This document shows, in pieces, positions 12,540-26,448 of a stretch of DNA of 64,000 nucleotides. The translations under genes and the position numbers were made by a program. The stretch comes from Octopus sinensis (lineage: Eukaryota). The notes beneath the pieces were generated by a model, which saw only the letters and a list, made by a program, of their open reading frames with translations, did no database searches and was not told the origin of the DNA. The stretch is from assembly GCF_006345805.1 (NCBI RefSeq), contig NC_043002.1:93868001-93932000 (forward strand). The letters run 5' to 3'. Positions within the stretch are counted from its first letter, which is position 1; every line of letters starts with the position of its first letter.

Positions 12540-13755
12540 ATAAGGTAAAAGCAGAGCTGCGCGCACAGGTATTCGAGTCAAAACGAAAGATTGCCTTATA
12601 GTGTTTCGCATCGATCCGTGGTACAACTTTCGACAATTTAGTAAATTGTATAGTGGCTCGTGAGTCAGTAGCAAAAATATTCTTACAATTTAATAGTAAG
12701 GACAATCAACTGTTGTGTAACAATTTGGTTAGATAATTACAGCTAATGCAACCACTCTAGTGTAGTGATGCGTTACAGTTATATAGCTTTTTATCTATTA
12801 TTGTGTAACGGGGAAAGTAGTAGAAATTATTTAAGCGATAATAAGCAGGATTAGAAGATTTACAGTGTCTAATTCGGGGCTTCAGTGTTCTAAGATGAAG
12901 TTTCGTTGGTGCTGCTGTATTCTTTCATCCTCACGATGATCTATAAATTTATACTCTTTATAGTCATGAGAGAAGAGTTTTGGTAATATTTGATCAACTC
13001 CTTAAGTCCTTTTTATTGTCTAAATTAAAATTCAGCAAGATCCAAGACTGGGCGAAGGTAGGGGTTGATGAATAACACTTCAATATAGAGAATTACCTCT
13101 GGTCAAATCGTGAAGCTGCTTGATAACAAAAGAGTTCGGTCCGTTTTCTTATATTTAACAAATTCAAGGTCTGATTTTCATGTTTTCTACTCAAATATTA
13201 GCGAGCCAGATGAAATGTTTTCAATCTGCATCCTCAATATATTTTATAAATAATTAGTCCACCTTTAAATTCAAAGTCTCGATGTTTTAGTGGAAGCTGA
13301 CTACATTAGCGATGTAACACAAAAGCCCATATTTACTCTATCGTGCTCGACAAACTTCGTTAACAATGTTTGATTTTGCCAAGCTGCAAAGGCCTTTTCC
13401 TTGAAAGGGAAAGCTGCATAACCAAGTAACTTTATTCCACATTTTTAATTACTAGTATTGTTACTTAACTAATTAATGTCATATATTTGAAAGGTTAGCA
13501 CAATCAAACAATATTTGAGGAACCACACTTTTTTTATTTTTAAATATGGCACGACGCCTCACATTTAAGAGTAAAATTGCTTTAATCATACCCTACTAGT
13601 CACGTATTTCCTTTAAACAATCCACAAAAATAAAAGGGATTTAAACATAGAACGTAAAGAATTGCAAGTAAATGTCAAAAGACACTATAAAGATATTCAT
13701 TCCTTTCTTCCATATTATCTTTCTTTACACTTTTAATATTATGAAAGTATCGAAG

Positions 13756-14427
13756 AGGGCAAGCTGGCAGAATCGCTAGTAATGCCGGGCAAAATGCTGA
13801 GCGGCACTTCGTCCACTTTACATTCAGAGTTAAAATTCCGCCGAGGTCGACTTTGCCTTTCATCCTTTCGGGGTCGGTAAAATACGTACCAATTGAGTAC
13901 TGGGGTCGATGCAATCGACTATTCCCCTCCCTGAAAATTTCAGGCTTTGTGCCTATTGTACAAAGGATTATTATGAAAGTATCGAAGGTGGTGTGCTGGC
14001 AGAATCGTTAGCAACGCCGGGCAAAATGCTGAGCGGTATTTCGTCCGGCTCTACGTTCTGAGTTCAAATTCCGCCGAGGTCGACTTCGCTTTTCATCTTA
14101 CCGAGGTCGATAAAATAAGTATCAGTTACGCACTGGGGTCGATGTAATCAACTAAACCCACCCACCTCCGCCCAAATTGCTGGCCTTGTGCCAAAATTTG
14201 AAACCGATATTTTGAAGTATCGAGAAGTTTGTGAACTGCCGGAATCATCAGTGTGTTGGGCAAAATGCTTTATGCCCTAACTTCAAATCAATTGACCCGT
14301 CGGAGTTAGCTTTGCTTTTCATCCTTTCGAAGTCGGTACAATAAGAACCAGTTGAGCACTGAGGTCGATGTAATCGACTGGCCCCATACCCCAAAATTTC
14401 AAGCCTTTTGCCTATAGTAGAAAGGAA
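13756..14427 (+). mobile_element. Three head-to-tail SINE family A copies separated by a repeated target sequence
   Basis: TATTATGAAAGTATCGAA-like motif at 13737, 13969, 14208 and 14428. Confidence 0.85.
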
Positions 14428-14785
14428 TATTACAAAGTATCGAAACTGGTTCACTGCCATTTACACAAATTAGTCTCTAAAATTCGTAAGCAACGCTTTC
14501 TTACTTAGTCATAGAGTCAGTTGTTCAAATTCAAAGGAAAAACCAGCAGTAAGTTGATACAATTGCAACATGTTTTGTCAAACCCAGAGATGCAAAAAAG
14601 CTAATTTGATCTAATCGAGATTTGAGCCCATAGTACTGAAATGAAATAATGTGTTTAATCAGGGGAGCGCTTCTATCACAGCCACCTTTGCTGCTCAAAC
14701 TTCGTTCGTTAATAACAGTACTTATTTCCACCTACAATGTGCTGTTTTTTAGTGAAAAATGAAGGGGAACGCTGGTGTAAAAAAG

Positions 14786-14839
<54 letters not shown>

Positions 14840-14870
14840 GAAGGAAGAAAGAAAGGAAGAAAGAAAGGAA
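14786..14870. repeat. (GAAA)n microsatellite
   Basis: Directly visible. Confidence 0.95.
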
Positions 14871-15519
14871 AACAGACAGAGAGAAAAAGAAATGAAAACG
14901 AAAGATAGAAAGTGGGATAATAATACAGCTTACTGGTGTTAGACATATTATTACCACAGAAAACATTTTACCAAGTGCACTATGGGATGTCTACAGCCGA
15001 AATAGTTTCATGATTCTAGTGATGCTTCGTTATTTTTTTTCTTTAGAGAAACCAATTAAATATCCAGATATTATAGGAGTCAATTTGCTAGCGTAGCTTA
15101 ATTAGTTAGTTGTGAATTCCCAACTCTAGTTTCACTCACTGGAAAATTATGGCCGCATTGCACTCCACACGTTCATACATTCTATGTATATTAACTATTA
15201 AATGAGGTCAGAGGTATTCAAGTACCCGTATATATCTAAGTTGCGCTTATCGCTATAAAGTAGTCGAGGAAGTTTCCTAATAAACCTCGTAAGGATTTTG
15301 GCTACGAGTTCCAACTACTCCATAGTATTTACGTCATTAATTCTCTACTTCTTAAACAGGCGCACAAACAGTACATACATACACATATAACGGTATTTTT
15401 TCACAGCGTTTTTTCAGATGGCCAGATAACCGAAGAGATGGTGTTGTGGATTTCCACTTCGGCATCTGAAACTCAGAGTTTTATCTTGACTATTGAGTAA
15501 TTGTAACATATTATTTTAT

Positions 15520-16020
<501 letters not shown>

Positions 16021-16420
16021 GCGCAGGCGTGGCTGTGTACTAAGAAGTTTGCTTCCCAACCACATAGTTCCGGGTCCAGTTGCACTACGTGACACCTTAA
16101 GCAAGTGTCTTCTACTATATCATCGGACCAGCCAAAGCCTTGTGAGCAGATTTGGTAGACGGAAACTGAAAGAGCCCGTCCTATATATATACGTATATAT
16201 CTGCGTGTGTGTCTTTGTGTCTGTGCTTGTCCCGATCTCCGCTTGACAACCGGTATTGGCGTGTTTACGTGCCCGTGACTTAGCAATTCAGCCTAAGAAA
16301 TCGATAGACTAAGTGCTGGGCTTAAGAAATAAGTCCTGGGGTTGATTTCTTCGACTAAAAGACCCTTCAAGATGGTGCTCCAGTATGGCTGCAGTCAAAT
16401 GAGTGAAACAAATAAAAGAA
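16021..16420 (+). mobile_element. SINE family B, full length
   Basis: GCGCAGGCGTGGCTGTG head, CACCTTAAGCAAGTGTCTT, internal (TA)/(TG) tract, 3' part. Confidence 0.85.
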
Positions 16421-17213
16421 TACACACACACATACACACACTCATGTGAGTTTGATTTGGAGTGTTTACCATGTGGAAAGGATCGATGGGCCACGCTTTC
16501 GTGGTCCGTATTCGTACTGAAAATCGAGATCGAGCGAGCTTTTGCCCTTATTTGCAGTTATAACATGATGTAGGGGTAGCCTTTATGTGATTGTGGTAAC
16601 TATATGGTACTTAGGGGTGTTTCTTTAGTTTCTTCTGTTCTTTGTTGGATACAAATGCTTGGCAGTTTTCTGTTTTATGGTTTAGTTTTCTTATTCCCTT
16701 GTAACTGAACTTCATTGCTTTGATGTGTGTTGTTTTTGAAGATATCTTTAGTTGTTATCAGTATGACTAGTTCAGTTGTGTAATTTGACTACAATTTTAT
16801 TTCTGTACTGCAGTATCTATGCGTGTGATAAAGAGGTGTTGTTGAATTCTGACAACTGTAGTTCTGTTTCTTGATGCCAACAGTTCCACTGAGCATTAAA
16901 AAAAATTTTTGAAAGCATTTGTATTATATTCATTGCTGTATGATGCATCTTTTGTTTAATTGATGGATTGCCAGTAAAGATTTCAGGGGGCTGTTTGCCA
17001 TGTGGTTGCGATAGCTAAGTGTGAGTGGCAGAAAGAAATATCTGGAAAAGAAATAATCAGAGAGCCGGGGGATGTATTTGAATATAACAGCGAATTTAGT
17101 TGTGTCTTATTGCGTCTCCTCTTGTGTTACCTGTACTTTTGATGAACAAATGATGGTCTACATGTTACATGGTGTATATTGGCTAGTTTCTCGTTATTCT
17201 ATATTATGATTGA

Positions 17214-17440
17214 AGAGGGCGGCGAGCTGGCAGAAACGTTAGCACGCCGGGCGAAATGCGTAGCCGTATTTCGTCTGCCGTTACGTTCTGAGTTCAAATC
17301 CCGCCGAGGTCGACTTTGCCTTTCATCCTTTCGGGGTCGATAAATTAAGTACCAGTTACGCACTGGGGTCGATGTAATCGACTTAATCCCATTGTTGGTC
17401 CCCTCTGTGTTTAACCATTTGTGGATAGTAAAGAAATATA
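17214..17440 (+). mobile_element. SINE family A with 12-bp TSD
   Basis: TSD TATTATGATTGA at 17202-17213 and 17441-17452. Confidence 0.9.
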
Positions 17441-18258
17441 TATTATGATTGATGTACTTAAGGTTTTTATGTTGATTCTTGTTAGTATAGCGAGGCGAGG
17501 TCATTGTTGGAGCTGGATTATCAGAAGATAATGACAGCAGTATATAATTTTCTGTGTTACATTTTGTTGTGCTACAAGACATGTATGTGAAATTTATAAA
17601 TATTAAAGCAGTACTTCACGTACAAACAATACATGTAAAATGTTGTTTTATACCCAGGTAAGTTCTGGCTGACAAAAGGCCTTCTAGACGTAACCACAAC
17701 GTTTTGTTTGGCAGTTCCTCAGATTTCACAATTCGATAAATTCTAGTTATTCTTTTTTTAAGATATGATGTATGTAATAAGAAAAATTTAGCTGTTATTT
17801 CTGGCAGGTCAAACGACTACATAGAGATCATCTCATTGTTTGGTATGTGTGTATGTTTTGTGCTGGGATATTTCTGCTCCCTGTACCCTACTGTTTGCCT
17901 TTCTGTGGCGACAGTTTATAGTTCAAGTCATGATAATGCTGTCGGTCTTAGGAAAACGAATTCATGACTGAATTATCCAGTATGTCCTTCTGTTATTGAG
18001 TGGTAGTGTGATGTATGAGGGATGTTTGGCTGTTAATTCTAGCGAGTCATGCGACTGTGCCGTTGGTATCTTAGCATTGTCGAAAATTTCTAAAACCATT
18101 TGCGATTACATAACTCGCCAGTGATACTAACAGGATCTATTACAATTCTTAAAAATACCAAAAAAAAAAAAAGATAATTTTTGATTTAGTGTTGTCGTTA
18201 CTGCTGGTTATACTTTGTCTTATTTCACAGATTTATGACTTAGTGAAAGCTGACGGGT

Positions 18259-18527
18259 GGGGGCGCAATGGCCCAGTGGTTAGGGCAGCGGACTTGCGGT
18301 CGGAGGATCGCGGTTTCGATTCCCAGACCGAAAAGCTCCACGAGGCTCCGGCAGGGGGTGGCGGCGACCCTTGTTGTACTCTTTCGCCACAACTTTCTCT
18401 CACTCTCTCTTCCTGTTTCTTGAGTAACGCTGTGATAGACTGGCGTTCCGTCCAGCTGGGGGGAACACATACGCCACAGAAACCGGGAAACCGGACCCAT
18501 GAGCCTGGCTAGGCTTGAAAAGGGCGA
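18259..18527 (+). mobile_element. SINE family C with internal deletion
   Basis: tRNA-like head; tail shared with 479-755; flanking AAAGCTGA duplication. Confidence 0.8.
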
Positions 18528-20016
18528 CGTTAATCGTTAAAGCTGAGGGAAGGAAGCACTTAACTGAAATGTTTAACCGTTTTCATTATTGCTGCCCACA
18601 GATCAATAAAATATGATATACACCTGTCAGATACTGAAATCGATTTAATCGACTACCCTTCTAAAAGAAAGTGCTGTGTCCTTGTACCTATTTAGAAATA
18701 AGCATTCTAAAATTTAACAGTTTGTGGTGGTCTTAATATAAAAGTTAGCTGGGTATTTTTTTAAATAATCTTTAGGAATATTCTGATTTTACTTTGAGCA
18801 CCCCGGGTGGCGATAAAGTTCTTTCTCTATCCGGAGTTTTAGGTGTATTCTGTTTAGAAGAGTAGGACAGCTTTGCTAGTGACCTCACATTACTCTTTAG
18901 TTGCTATAGCTTAAGTAAGTAGTAATTTGCTCAAAGCAAAACAGATGGGAAACTTTAAAAGAGAAGGCTAGCAGATAACTCGACCCAATAAATTGGTGTT
19001 ATTTTCAAGCATGTAATTTGTACGTACGGTGTGAGTACGCGGAGGCGCGCGTGTGTACGTGCGTGCTATGTGTCAGGTAATTGCGTGTGTATGTATATAT
19101 GAATATGTGAAAAGCGTCAGGTGTGTATGAGTACGCGTGTTTGTATGTATATCTGTACATTTTTTCATGAAGAAGAAAAAGAAAACATTTTAGCAGAGTT
19201 ACAAATAGTTAAGATATATTCTAACCCCTCGCTTTTATTCTTTCTTCCCCTCTCTCGCATTCGCTTTTTCTTCTTCTTTTTCTGAAAACAAAAAAAAAAA
19301 AAAAATCGTATGTACTTTAAAATGTATTTTCAAACTACTTAATATATTAATGCTATGAATGATTGAGAGATGGTAAGCTGTTTTCTTGATTATCCCACTT
19401 AAGAAAATTGGATGCCAAAAGAATCAAAGAACTCGATTACTTTTCCAGAAGAAATTTGAGTTAGACAAATACGTTCTGGTTCAAAATTTGATGTGTTAAC
19501 ACACAAATTGTCACGGACTGTTCTAGAATAATCAGTCGCATGTAGATTTATTTGTTGATCTTGATAGCTAAACCGTTATTCCGTTTAGAAAGTTCCTAAA
19601 ACGAATGGCCATTCTTTGATTTGTTCCCCCCAGATATTCTTTAAGTATTATTTTTGTCTTTCTGAAGTAGGCTGTGACGATTTTCTTGAACTGTTTGTGA
19701 TGAGTTTAATGTGCAATATAATTCTGGACAACCTCTTACACAGAGGTCGAAAGAAAAATCACGGTACATATCCATTTAAAATGCTGAGTCTGGTGCGAGT
19801 GCAAATAGTGGAATGGTTATTCGATATATTCTCTTGACTCTAAATAGAAGTTCAGCTCACTCATGCAAATTAAGGAAACATTGAATGATCATACAGTGCT
19901 CCTGTTGCTTACTATACAATAATATGTATTTACTACATGGTACCTATTTGCAGGCGCATTGGACAGGAAAAATGCAATGTATTGGACAAGAGAATTGCAC
20001 ACATTGTGCAGATGAT

Positions 20017-20234
20017 AGGACGTGAACTCGTAGATAATTGAGTCAGTGGTGAAACGGTAGAATAGGTAGAATAGGAAGATGGACTGTGTGGGCAAATAAC
20101 AGAGCACAAACTTCACAAACAGGGAAGGACGTGAACTCGTAGATAATTGAGTCAGTGGTGAAACGGTAGAATAGGAAGAATAGGAAGATGGACTGTGTTG
20201 GCAAATAACAGAGCACAAACTTCACAAACAGGGA
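20017..20234 (+). repeat. 109-bp tandem duplication (2 near-identical units)
   Basis: 20017-20125 and 20126-20234. Confidence 0.95.
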
Positions 20235-20245
20235 TAAAATATATT

Positions 20246-20480
20246 AGTTTCTTTATTGCCTACAAGGGGCTAAACACAGAGAGGACAAACAAGTACAGAC
20301 AAACGGATTAAGTCGATTACATCGACCCCAGTGCCTAACTGGTACTTAATTTATCGACCCCGAAAGGATGAAAGGCAAAGTCGACCTCGGCGGAATTTGA
20401 ACTCAGAACGTAACGGCAGACGAAATACGGCTACGCATTTCGCCCGGCGTGCTAACGATTCTGCCAGCTCGCCGCCTTCT
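20246..20480 (-). mobile_element. SINE family A with 15-bp TSD
   Basis: TSD GGGATAAAATATATT at 20231-20245 and 20481-20495. Confidence 0.9.
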
Positions 20481-20749
20481 GGGATAAAATATATTTCTGT
20501 AGAAACGAAGTCTCAAATTTCAGGAAGATCACATCGGTGGAGAAAGAGAGAGAGAGAGAGGGGGGACAGAGAGAGGGAGGGAGAGAGAGAGAGAGAGAGA
20601 GGGAGGGAGAGAGAGATGTTTTGCTGACGGAGATGGACAAATAACTTGGGAGTAGTAGTAAGATTATGAAGAAAGTTCTGTGAAAAATGAGGAGAGGTGT
20701 GACAAGGGGAGATTACTGCTAGTAGGAGAGTAACAGTTGAGTGGTAAAT

Positions 20750-20943
20750 TCTTTTCCATTCTAGGCACAAGGCCCGAAAGTTTTGGGGAGGGGACCAGTT
20801 GATTAGATCGACCCCAGTACGCAACTGGTACTTAATTTATCGACCCCCGAAAGGATGGAAGGTAAAGTCGACCTCAACGGAATTTGAACTTAGAACGTAA
20901 AGACAGACAAAATACCGCTAAACATTTCGCCCGGCGCGCTAAC
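20750..20943 (-). mobile_element. SINE family A (5'-truncated, alternative tail)
   Basis: Core TTTCATCCTTTCGGGGTCGATAAATTAAGTACCAG on the minus strand. Confidence 0.8.
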
Positions 20944-21230
20944 GTAAGATGAGTAATAAATTGACAAATTTACTATTGGTATTTAACCCCTTAGCAATTA
21001 GACCGGTTATATCAGGTACAAATAATTTACTTGTTTTGTGATCAAAGTGGTCAGATCTGGCCTCTCATACCTGCCCAAAAATGTCATTCTAAAAATAAAC
21101 AATCACATCAGTGAAATCTATAGCAGAAAATAATATCATATAATATGGAATCCTTAATAGAGAATGATTTTTTTTTTTTACTTTTAATACAAAAAAAATT
21201 CTTGACTTTTAAGACATAAAAAGAAAACTG

Positions 21231-21642
21231 GGATCTTTTCGGTTTGAACGGCAGTTTTTAACATAATTTCTAGGTGACTAAAAAATATTAAACTTCGTAT
21301 ACTGGTAGAATGTGTTTATAAAACATCTTTTTCTCTTGGCTTTATTGAGAAAATTCTATAGTTTGTAAGATATTTGTTGTTTTTTTTTCTTCAATTTCTG
21401 CAATTTCAACCAATCACTGACGTCTATTGAGGTAAAAAAAATTATGTGCCGTATGAATATGTCCTTCGTTTAAGAAACAGATTGGGTTAATTTGCATTTG
21501 TGAAGAAAAAAAGACACCCTTCCCCCCACCCCTAACCCTAAAACAGATTGAAATGCAATAGATCGATACTAGGGTCATAATTATGGGTGACAATTTCATA
21601 TGACACCGCTAGAAAAAACTGCCGGTCAAACCGAAAAGATCC
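21231..21642. mobile_element. Non-autonomous DNA transposon (MITE), GGATCTTTTCGGTTTGAACGGCAG TIRs, 8-bp TSD
   Basis: TSD GAAAACTG at 21223-21230 and 21643-21650. Confidence 0.92.
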
Positions 21643-21932
21643 GAAAACTGTTCAATAAAACGTGACTAAATTTTAATCATCTGTTTGTTCTAATGTTGTT
21701 ATTGCTTTGTTACTTCCTTGTCGTAAAGCATGTTCAACTATTTGTTGAAGAGTTATGTTAACACGATGAATATTGAGCAACCAGAAAATGATCTTTTACC
21801 ATGTTCTATCTATAACAACGAACATTTTTTTTTTTTTTAAATATGCACTTCATACAATTGATAAATGCAATTTATGTACGAAACAAAATAATTGTTACAG
21901 AACAAGAGCTGAAAAAGCTGAAAAGTTTCTCA

Positions 21933-22356
21933 TACTCTTTACTCTTTTACTCTTTTACTTGTTTCAGTCATTTGACTGCGGCCATGCCGGAGCACCGCCT
22001 TTAGTCGATCAAATCGACCCCGGGACTTATTCTTTGTAAGCCCAGTACTTATTCTATCGGTCTCTTTTGCTGAACCGCTAAGTGACGGGGACGTAAACAC
22101 ACCAGCATCGGTTGTCAAGCAATGCTAGGGAGACAAACACAGACACACAAACACACACACACACACACACTTATATATATATATACATATATACGACAGG
22201 CTTCTTTCAGTTTCCGTCTACCAAATCCACTCACAAGGCATTGGTCGGCCCGAGGCTATAGCAGAAGACACTTGCCCAAGATGCCACGCAGTGGGACTGA
22301 ACCCGCAACCATGTGGTTGGTTAGCAAGCTACTTACCACACAGCCACTCCTGCGCC
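21933..22356 (-). mobile_element. SINE family B, full length
   Basis: Head, internal (CA)n(TA)n tract and (CTTTTA)n tail. Confidence 0.88.
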
Positions 22357-22649
22357 TATCAGAGTATAATTATTAGGGCAGGTACAATTTCCAAGCGAAG
22401 ATGAAAATCATTTTATCAAACGAGAGGCTGAAAACACACAACTTTGAGCTACTGTAAAAGATATCCCTGTGAAAAGCTGAATCTCGGAGTTTTCTTATAA
22501 GCTTTTTCTAGAAGATTCTTGAATATTCTAAAGTAACTTTAGGTGCGAAAATTAAACTTTTCCATTAGACCAGTGCACCTGGATGACGTTTCGGATGTTG
22601 TACTATATTATGGAGTGAAAAAGTTAAAAGTAAAAATCACCTCTCCAAA

Positions 22650-25130
22650 AACTCAGACGCCAGCGAAAGACTTATAACATCCGGAGAAAGAAATGGGATC
22701 TAAAAAAAAGAATAGATGAAAGCTGCTTCGGCATTTGAGAAACAAGAATTAGAAAAGCTCTGGAAAGACCTCAAAGCGAGATATAGTACACTCAGCAAAG
22801 CGAGACATAGTACACTCAGCAAAGCGAGACATAGTACACTCAGCAAAGTGAGACATTGTACACTCAGCAAAGTGAGACAGTACACTCAGCAAAGCGAGAC
22901 ATAGTACACTCAGCAAAGCGAGACATAGTACACTCAGCAAAGTGAGACATTGTACACTCAGCAAAGTGAGACGGTACACTCAGCAAAGCGAGACATTGTA
23001 CACTCAGCAAAGCGAGACATAGTACACTCAGTAAAGCGAGACATAGTACACTCAGCAAAGCGAGACATTGTACACTCAGCAAAGCAGAGACAGCAAGGAA
23101 GGAAAAAGATATGAGATTCTTTCTTCAGGATCTTCCAATTCGCCAGGAAACTATTCCAGTAGCCAAAGTTTGGGACACTCACACCAGAAAAAGAAGCTCT
23201 TGAGCAACATCATAGGGAAACATTCAGACTCCCAGAATGAGACATCACTTGCAATCTAATGTCTGCCAGGATAATTGTTCGATGACAGACCACCAACACT
23301 GGGGGAAGTAAGGAAAGGGGATAAGAAAACCAGGGTCAAACGGAATACCCTGCCTGCTGTACAAGTAATGTTCCAGTGTTCTTGAGTGGCTCCACAAACT
23401 GATAAGGTCAGCATAGAAGAATATGAAGATCAGCGATCAATGGATGAGAGCCGAAGGAGTATACATCAGCTAACTAAAACCAATATTACTCCTGAACGTT
23501 GAAGGAAAAATCTTCTGTTATGACGGCAAGTCTAACGAAATATCTCACAGAGAATAAGTACTTGATGTGTCAGTTCAGAAGGGAGGCATCCCTGGAGTGT
23601 CGGGTTGTGTGGAACATACCTTAATTACTTGCGAGGCAATTCAAAGATCTAGAACAGAAAAAAAGGAGGCATTGGTGTGGTCTGGTACGATCTGGCGAAT
23701 ACCTACGGTTCGGTCCCTCACAAGATGATTCACCTACGAGTTCTTGAGACATATCATTTTCCAAAGAACATCCGAGAAGTGTTGAAGAAGTATTCTTCGT
23801 GGTTTCTTTATGCGATTCTCGACCAAAGAGTAGACAACCGTCCGAATGTATGTGGAAGTAGGCATAGAAATGAGCTGTGAAATTTTCCCTTTACTGTTTG
23901 TGTTGGCAATGGCAGTCATCCTGAAGGCAGCTGTGGGATAGTCAGCTTCAATAGAACTTGGCGAGGGATTTCAGATGCCATCTCTAAAAGTCTTCATGGC
24001 CGACACTACAGTCCTTTCCACAAAGGAAGATGAAACACGCAGAATACTGAAACAGTCGGACGAGGTAGTTGCGTCATCAACATTGAGGAACAAACCAAAG
24101 AATTACCGGAACCTCTCTCTCTCTCTGTGGAAACAGAAATTAGAAGAAACAGTCGTATTCACATTAGCCAGCCAGAATAACCCAACAGTAGCAGAGGAAT
24201 CAGTCAAAAGCCTTGAACAATGGTACGACGACACCTTGAAAGATACAAAAATACGAAACTAAACCAAGCAAATGATAGGAAAAAGCTTGTAGGTCAAAGA
24301 CAAGTGTTGCCGCTCTAGCAAATACAAAGTTTGGTGTTTTCAGTTCATGTTTTTCTCAAAGCTTCTCTGGCTTCTGCTAATTTACAATATCATTACTAGC
24401 ACAGTGGGGGATGTCGAGATCAAAATAAACAAGTACACCAAAAGTGGCTTGATGTCCCACCAAATCTTACTGATGTTGTACTCTACTGTAGCTATGTTAA
24501 GCTGAAGCTATCTCTCAAGTCCATCATTTAGGAATACAAAGCCGAGAAATCAAGGCTCTTAAACGTGCTTGAAGACTCGAAAGATAAGGTCGTGAGGCCA
24601 ATCGAGCCCAAGCTGAAAACAGGAAGGAAATGGAGAGTCCAGAAGGCAGTGGATGCAACAGAGGAAAGCCGTACGATTAGAGAAATAATGGGACACACCC
24701 AGGCCAGTAGGCAGGGACTTGGCATACCAACAACTGGAATGGTGGTTAGAGACCAGGGGAAAGATGAGGTGAGATATGATTTTACAGGAGGTGAAAAAGG
24801 AATAGGATGCCATAAGAATCCGGGAGGCAGCACAGTAGAGCAAACTGGGCCAGTAGACGTTGTAGGAAGGTTCATTCCAGAAGTGTTTCAGTAGTAACGA
24901 CTTTTGACACATGGCACCTCTTAGAATAAGTTTTCTTCGTAGATCATTTTATTATCTCCTGCCTTCAAACATGAACCTAGTGAAGTGGGGCAAATCAAAT
25001 TATCCTGAGTGGCCTACTCTGCCGGAGTATGCAGACAATGGGTCATGTTCCGAGCTCCTGCAGAGTAGCATTAGCCTAAGGAAGATACACGTGGAGACAC
25101 AATCAAGTACTTAAGGAGATTGTACAAGCA
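22650..25130 (+). mobile_element. Degraded RLE-type non-LTR retrotransposon (Hero/NeSL-like), 3' truncated
   Basis: GVSGCVEH; VWYDLANTYGSVPH (RT); MPSLKVFMAD; GRKWRVQKAVDA..IREIMGHTQASRQGLG; WGKS..P(CCHC region)..HNQVL. Confidence 0.8.
22772..23079 (+). repeat. 24-bp minisatellite (CAAAGCGAGACATAGTACACTCAG) x13 inside the LINE ORF
   Basis: 11 units of 24 bp and 2 of 22 bp; units 2-5 repeated as 6-9. Confidence 0.95.
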
Positions 25131-25216
25131 GAATGCAGCAAATAATTGTCAGGAGTCTTCTGCTGTTCAGCTCTCTTGAGAGTTTCTTACCACTACTGTA
25201 CTATACCACACAAACA

Positions 25217-25277
<61 letters not shown>

Positions 25278-25543
25278 TCACACACTCACACACACATACA
25301 CACACACACACACTCGTCAACAATTTTGTCTTTAGAACTTATGCATTCAGGTTCAAGTCACGAGGAAAGCTATCTGCCACAGATTCTTCAAACATCACCA
25401 GAAAAAAAAAAAAAAGAATTCAAAGTTCGTAAAAGTTTTATCCTGTCTTATAGCTGCTCTCATATGTTATCTTATCATATTTATTTTAATTTACCGAAAA
25501 CACTTTTTATTTATTTATTTATTTTTGTTTCTTTGTTTTTCAG

Positions 25544-25690
25544 ACTGGTTCAAGGCTTGTCAGGCTCTGGAAACTCTAGGACTAATTGCGCTGTTACTTG
25601 CGTTCATCATTCTGTTTTTGTACATGTTTGTGGAAACCTGCCGAGGACGTAATGCACTCCTGGCTATCATGATTTGTACATTTGCTGGAG
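25544..25690 (+). CDS. PMP-22/claudin superfamily protein, exon 2
   Basis: Acceptor TTTTTCAG/AC; (D)WFKACQALETLGLIALLLAFIILFLYMFVETCRGRNALLAIMICTFAG; donor GAG/GTAAGA; phases match exons 1 and 3. Confidence 0.92.
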
Positions 25691-26448
25691 GTAAGATAAT
25701 AACTTGACTAATTCTGTTATTTACCAACCATTTATCCACTTCATAGATAGACCGAATATGTTGAATCTATTTTTAGTATGATTACAATATTATTTTTGAA
25801 GGGGCTCCAATATTAAGATTCGTCATACTGTCTTCTATCGGTTATAAACTGCGAGATAATTTTTTGTGAGGGAATTACAAAATATTGCTATGCATAACAG
25901 CTCGTGAATTGATTTGCTTTCCATTGGATCTTCTCATTTGCCCACAGGATCACAAACTTATGAGACCAATATACAGATTACCAATTCTTGTTATCAAATG
26001 AAGAAACTTCCTCGTTGCTAGTTGGTCAACCATCATACTAAAGATATTGTAGCAAATAACATATATATACTTATCAACTGACGATATTAACCGTTTTTCT
26101 AAAATCAGATTATTCTTTAATTCCTAATTATTTGGACGAAAAAGCTTGTTTCAAATACAATTGTATCTCAGCTTACAATGAATTATAGGATTGATGGCGC
26201 CCTAAACGCTTGATAAACTTTGGAACATTTCTCCCAGTATAGTTGCCGTATCGGTTTCTTGATTTGCTATTGAAATATAAATTATTCATTGACAGAAATA
26301 TATATAAAATGTCAATCATTTATACTTTTGATAAATTAACTTTTCTCCCTATACTGCACATTAGGTGATATCAATATCAATTAAAACGTTTCAAAATGTT
26401 ATTCAAAGCTAAATATCGATGTTACCAAGCCAGTTTAGCTTCCGATTA

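Noticed and set aside
19620-19760. Acceptor-like TTTGATTTGTTCCCCCCAG followed by a short ORF (possible extra or poison exon)
   Set aside because: In the required phase it stops after three codons, there is no convincing donor, and the 3-exon model is already complete
22772-23079. CRISPR-like appearance of the 24-bp array (also the 17-bp and 34-bp arrays)
   Set aside because: Units are contiguous with no unique spacers, there are no cas genes, and the DNA is eukaryotic
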